From a cyanobacterium endosymbiont of Rhopalodia gibba (GTDB lineage Bacteria; Cyanobacteriota; Cyanobacteriia; Cyanobacteriales; Microcystaceae), in the NCBI GenBank assembly GCA_045159875.1, contig CP067995.1, positions 2,336,001-2,400,000 on the forward strand: 64,000 nt of DNA, read 5' to 3'. The position numbers and the translations under genes are program-made. Below, one piece after another: positions 59,832 through 64,000 of the stretch (positions within the stretch are counted from its first letter, which is position 1; every line of letters starts with the position of its first letter). The notes beneath the pieces were generated by a model. That model was not told the origin of the DNA. It saw only the letters and a program-made list of their open reading frames with translations, and made no database searches.

Positions 59832-61061
59832 ATGTTAAGTGATATTATTACGATGCTCTCTCTACTGTTAGGTTCAGTTCTCTGGGTAGAAATTGTTCGG
59901 GACTGTTACCATAGGTTATCCCACCATTGGATTCCTTTATATCGTCTTCATGCTTGGCATCATCGTGTATTTCGTCCTGACTTATCCCCCGTCAGTGAGG
60001 AAATTTACCGTAAAGCTCATTGGTATAATGATCTCCCAGAAGCATTAATCATGTTGACTTTTAGCCTGATTGCTGGGACAGTATCTTTGTTTGGAAGCTT
60101 TCCCTACAGTTGGATGGCGTGGGGAGGGTCAATTTATGCTTTAACCTTTCTGATAGGGGCGATCACGCGGGGGATAGGAGTTCCTTACGCCGATAAATTC
60201 ACGGATATTACCCACCGCCAAGGGGAATTTGTTACTCTCCCTGGGAACTGGTTTGTTAATCGTCCGTACCATTGGCGACACCATTTTGATAATCAAAAGG
60301 CTTATTATAGCGGAACACTAACTTTAGTAGATAAACTTATGGGAACCGCACTATCTCTAAAAAGAAAAACCGTTGCAGTCACTGGTGCATCGGGAACTTT
60401 GGGGCAATCTCTCTTAAGACAGCTCTATATTAATGGAGCTATACCGATTGCTTTTACCTCTAAACCTCAGTCTATTTCAATAGAAATTGAAGACAAAAGA
60501 TTACCGATAAAAACATTAACTTGGCAAGTCGGTCGAGAATTGGAATTAACGGATGAGTTAGAGTCAGTTGATATTTTAATTATCAATCATGGTATTAATG
60601 TTTATCATGAAAGAACCCCAGAAGCTATTAATAAATCTTATGAAGTAAATACATTTTCTAGTTTGCGGTTAATGGAGTTATTTATTACTACTATTAGAAC
60701 AAACAAAGATAGGGTTTGCAAGGAAGTTTGGGTTAACACCTCTGAAGCAGAAGTTGGTCCCGCAGTTAGCCCCCTTTACGAATTAAGTAAACGAGCTTTA
60801 GGAGACCTAGTTACTTTGCGTCGTTTGGATGCTCCTTGCGTGGTCAGAAAATTAATTTTAGGACCATTTAAAAGTAATCTCAATCCTATTGGACTAATGT
60901 CCGGAGATTGGGTCGCTAAACATATTGTGAAAGCAGCAAAAGCTGATAATCGGAACATTATAGTCACTGTTAATCCTATCACATTTATTGTGTTTCCTCT
61001 CAGGGAATTTTTTGTTTCCCTATATTTCAAATTATTCAGCAAGAAGGTAAATCTAATTTAA
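59832..61061 (+). CDS. mgdE: Monoglucosyldiacylglycerol epimerase (fatty-acid-hydroxylase-like + SDR fusion)
   Basis: His boxes HxxSH, HAWHH, HWRHH; TGASGTLG, NTSEAE, YELSK; adjacent to mgdA. Confidence 0.85.
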   Translation: MLSDIITMLSLLLGSVLWVEIVRDCYHRLSHHWIPLYRLHAWHHRVFRPDLSPVSEEIYRKAHWYNDLPEALIMLTFSLIAGTVSLFGSFPYSWMAWGGSIYALTFLIGAITRGIGVPYADKFTDITHRQGEFVTLPGNWFVNRPYHWRHHFDNQKAYYSGTLTLVDKLMGTALSLKRKTVAVTGASGTLGQSLLRQLYINGAIPIAFTSKPQSISIEIEDKRLPIKTLTWQVGRELELTDELESVDILIINHGINVYHERTPEAINKSYEVNTFSSLRLMELFITTIRTNKDRVCKEVWVNTSEAEVGPAVSPLYELSKRALGDLVTLRRLDAPCVVRKLILGPFKSNLNPIGLMSGDWVAKHIVKAAKADNRNIIVTVNPITFIVFPLREFFVSLYFKLFSKKVNLI

Positions 61062-61790
61062 AAAGATATTAGGATAAGAGGAAAACTAGCTATTAATCAT
61101 CGAGTCATTAAATTGTTATTTGTTTTGTTGACTTAGGCACAACAATATTTTTTTATTTATTATTCAACATCTTTATTCTAAAGTAATGGATTTCTTCGAT
61201 GAATTCACTCATTAATTTTTAATAATATTAATAAGTGAATTCTTTTGCTCTCGGAAAGTTTTTAACTCTCCATTTTTAATTCCAATAAATAACATGGAAT
61301 TAAAATTGAATAAAGAACCCTATCCTTAGTATTTGTAATTGCCAGTGCATCCTGTCTTTCCGAAAATATTATCGAATGGGTAATAAAGCCATCGTTTTTG
61401 ACTTTTTTATTATACTTTCATTTTTGGTTTAGTATGGACTATAAATGCCTAAGATAAGTAGGGCTACTTTACTTTTATTTAGCGAAGAAAAAAAGTTATT
61501 AATTTTCTATTTTTTTTTATAAAGTATACTTCTGCTAGAATTATAATGGTAGATTGTCAATATTAACGTTTTCAACGTCTTATTTGAGGATTGTTTAAGT
61601 TTCTAATAGTTTATTTCTTATTAAGATCATTTTAATTTAATTTAAAAAACCGGCTATATCAGGTTTTGATGGCTTTTCACTATCCTAAATGTGGTAAAGC
61701 TTAAAGTATTATTCTTATAAAGTTAGTTTGAACTAGATTAAAAGTCTTTTAATTTTAACGTTAAACCTCAAAAGTAGAACTAAATTATTA

Positions 61791-62462
61791 ATGACCAATT
61801 TTGCGATTCAAGTTAAAGATTTAAGCTTTGGTTGGGATAACAACTCTCTTGTACTGCAATCATGTTCTCTAGAAGTTCCTGAAGGGGAGTTTTGGATGTT
61901 ATTAGGTACTAATGGTAGTGGAAAATCAACCCTCTTACGATTAATGACGCGACTGCTAATTCCCCAAACTGGAACTATCGCCATGAGTACCCCTGTCGGT
62001 TTTGTCTTTCAAAACCCCGATCTTCAGTTAGTTATGCCAACCGTTGGGGCTGATATCGCCTTTGGGTTAGTTTCTGAACGTCTATCCCCTATGGAAGTCC
62101 GTAAGCGTGTAGCAAAGGCTTTGTCGGCTGTTAATCTTCTAGAATTAGAGCGACGGCCTATTTATGCTCTTAGTGGAGGTCAAAAACAACGTATCGCTAT
62201 TGCTGGGGCGATCGCCCGTCATTGTCGAGTTCTTCTCCTTGATGAACCTACAGCCCTTCTCGATGTTAATACTCAGTTAGAATTAGTGGCCCAAGTACAA
62301 CAGTTGGTTAAAAGTAAAGGCATTACCGCTTTATGGGTGACACATCGCTTAGAAGAGTTAAATTATTGTGATGGTGCTTTTTTGCTAGAAAATGGAAAAG
62401 TCATAGAAAAAGGAGATCCCAACCATCTGAAAGCTAGATTAATTTCAGAAACTTCCCCTTGA
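61791..62462 (+). CDS. ECF/ABC transporter ATP-binding protein (CbiO-like)
   Basis: GTNGSGKS, VFQNPD, LSGGQKQR, LLLDEPT. Confidence 0.9.
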   Translation: MTNFAIQVKDLSFGWDNNSLVLQSCSLEVPEGEFWMLLGTNGSGKSTLLRLMTRLLIPQTGTIAMSTPVGFVFQNPDLQLVMPTVGADIAFGLVSERLSPMEVRKRVAKALSAVNLLELERRPIYALSGGQKQRIAIAGAIARHCRVLLLDEPTALLDVNTQLELVAQVQQLVKSKGITALWVTHRLEELNYCDGAFLLENGKVIEKGDPNHLKARLISETSP

Positions 62463-62539
62463 AATAAAAATTCTTTGTTAAAATCGGAGGACATTTGCAT
62501 CAAAAATATCTTAAACACATATGACCACTTTTAAAAAAT

Positions 62540-63085
62540 ATGGTTATTCCTCGCAATCCTTTATTGTTAATCGATGGTTATAACATTATTGGGAATTGGA
62601 CTTCTTTAAAAAGAACCCGTGATCGCCATGGGTTAGAATCGGCCAGACAACAACTCGTAGAGGCTCTAGTCAATTATGTAGCCCACAGTGGCTATCAAGC
62701 CCAAGTCGTTTTTGACTCCCAATATCGCAAAACTCCCAGTTCTTTAGAAAAACATTCCCCCAATTTATCTATATACTTTACCGCTTGGGCGCAAACAGCT
62801 GATACATACATTGAAAAAGTCTGTGCGTCTTTTTTTCATCAAACCAGTCCCACTCCGCCTCGATTAATCGTCGCTACTTCAGATCGAGATCAACGTTTGA
62901 CAGTAACAGGATATGGCGCAGAATGGATGTCGGCTCAACATCTAGCTAATGAAATTAATCTATCCACTCATCAAGTTAGACGCAAACAACGACCTAGCAA
63001 ACGTAGTCAGGGTCGTTTCTTGTTCAACTGTCTTGACGCTAAATCTCAAGCGCGCCTTACTCAGTGGCAACAAGGGACAAATTAA
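62540..63085 (+). CDS. NYN-domain ribonuclease (YacP/Rae1-like)
   Basis: LIDGYNI, VVFD, TADTYIE, VATSD. Confidence 0.88.
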   Translation: MVIPRNPLLLIDGYNIIGNWTSLKRTRDRHGLESARQQLVEALVNYVAHSGYQAQVVFDSQYRKTPSSLEKHSPNLSIYFTAWAQTADTYIEKVCASFFHQTSPTPPRLIVATSDRDQRLTVTGYGAEWMSAQHLANEINLSTHQVRRKQRPSKRSQGRFLFNCLDAKSQARLTQWQQGTN

Positions 63086-63198
63086 CAATCATGATTTCCT
63101 TGAGCAGGTTTCGGGAATTTATAGACAGATTTTTAAAAAACATGCATCTTAAAGAAGACCAGACTCAGGAATTTTTATAAAATTGATGAGTAATGCTA

Positions 63199-63227
63199 TT
63201 GACATCAACAAAGATCATTGCTAGATT
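63199..63227 (+). promoter_or_regulatory. Sigma70 promoter of tRNA-Glu
   Basis: TTGACA-17 nt-TAGATT with extended -10 TGn. Confidence 0.7.
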
Positions 63228-63247
63228 AGTGTACGTATAAAAAACAA

Positions 63248-63320
63248 GCCCCCATCGTCTAGTGGCCTAGGACACCTCCCTTTCACGGAGGCGACAGGGA
63301 TTCAAATTCCCTTGGGGGTA
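63248..63320 (+). tRNA. trnE: tRNA-Glu(TTC)
   Basis: GCCCCCA/TGGGGGT acceptor, anticodon arm cctcc-ctTTCac-ggagg, T loop TTCAAAT. Confidence 0.97.
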
Positions 63321-63326
63321 CTTCAG

Positions 63327-63363
63327 TAATAAGAAGTAAAATTTTAGTTTTACTTCTTATTAC
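63327..63363. terminator. Hairpin after tRNA-Glu, between convergent genes
   Basis: gtaataagaagtaaaa...ttttacttcttattac, perfect 16-bp arms. Confidence 0.7.
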
Positions 63364-63462
63364 CCACCGAATGACAGGGTCGAACTCAGGGTTTTCCGAA
63401 AACCTCGTCAAATGTAAAGTATTCCAGAAATCCAGAGCTTTTTTACCCTTATGGGGTAAGTT

Positions 63463-64000
63463 TTAGTTAGGTTTTTTCACGACTCCCATAAATATGATCG
63501 CATTAGTCTTATGATCACGAATTGTATATAAAAATGGACGATCAACGATCATAGTGAATTGTTCCTCTGGAAGAAACACAGAAGTCATCCTCGCACGAAA
63601 GGAACTAGTAACGGCTGACTGTGTTCCTTTCTCGTTAATCTCCACTAAAGTTTTGTGTCTCATACGATTCACATAAACTTGACGAGATGTTAACTTGGAA
63701 AAGTTAGCTAATGATTGTTCAAACATTGTGGACATTCCTAAGGACATTAAGGCCTTTTCCATATCAATTTCATTGGATAAACTGCAACGGGGCAGTTTTA
63801 ATTTGCCTTGTTGTTCACGAAATTGTCCCATCCATTTTTTCCACTGACCTACTGTTAATTGTGAAACTAGGTCTTTTAGATTCTTATCTGGTCGAGGAAG
63901 AAAAATTTCTAAACTAAAGCGTTCTCCTGTGTAAGGTAAACTCACCGCTTGAAAGTCTGACGTTTCAAAATAGCGGTACTTTCCTTCGCGAGACATCAAT
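63463..64000 (-). CDS. Serpin (C-terminal part; 5' end outside window)
   Basis: AVSLPY, IFLP, LKLPR, HKTLVEINEKGT, VDRPFLYTIRD..IIFMGVV..P. Confidence 0.9.
   Translation of the reverse strand, partial: LMSREGKYRYFETSDFQAVSLPYTGERFSLEIFLPRPDKNLKDLVSQLTVGQWKKWMGQFREQQGKLKLPRCSLSNEIDMEKALMSLGMSTMFEQSLANFSKLTSRQVYVNRMRHKTLVEINEKGTQSAVTSSFRARMTSVFLPEEQFTMIVDRPFLYTIRDHKTNAIIFMGVVKKPN

Noticed and set aside
61200..61420. Minus-strand fragment FGKTGCTGNY resembling a penicillin-binding-protein KTG motif
   Set aside because: Single short motif with no supporting context

Overview
AT-rich window from a unicellular cyanobacterial genome (Cyanothece/Crocosphaera-like proteins) in an intermediate state of reductive evolution. 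Intact housekeeping genes are separated by long AT-rich tracts holding decayed pseudogenes and IS relics. The pattern best fits a non-photosynthetic, N2-fixing diatom endosymbiont (Epithemia/Rhopalodia spheroid body); this is inference, as no rRNA or nif gene is in the window. Intact genes include pgk, petE, anmK, cdsA, cbiT, tgt, a porin, phoU, map, petH, lepB, hypAB, rpaA, mutL, queF, pnp, a cation-chloride cotransporter, ccdA/ccs1, valS, purN, cytM, mgdA/mgdE, a serpin, tRNA-His and tRNA-Glu. Pseudogenes read by hand: an SpkA-like kinase, mazG, a YheT hydrolase, hdrB, scpB, an FG-GAP protein and several ISL3 transposases. Most notable: (1) petH has lost only its N-terminal phycobilisome-linker (CpcD) domain, fixing the short FNR isoform; (2) two near-identical inverted copies of an already-dead ISL3 flank the queF-pnp block; (3) long perfect palindromes and slippage duplications recur in the decayed DNA. 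No CRISPR array or clearly new multi-gene system was found. All family calls come from motif recognition, not database searches.
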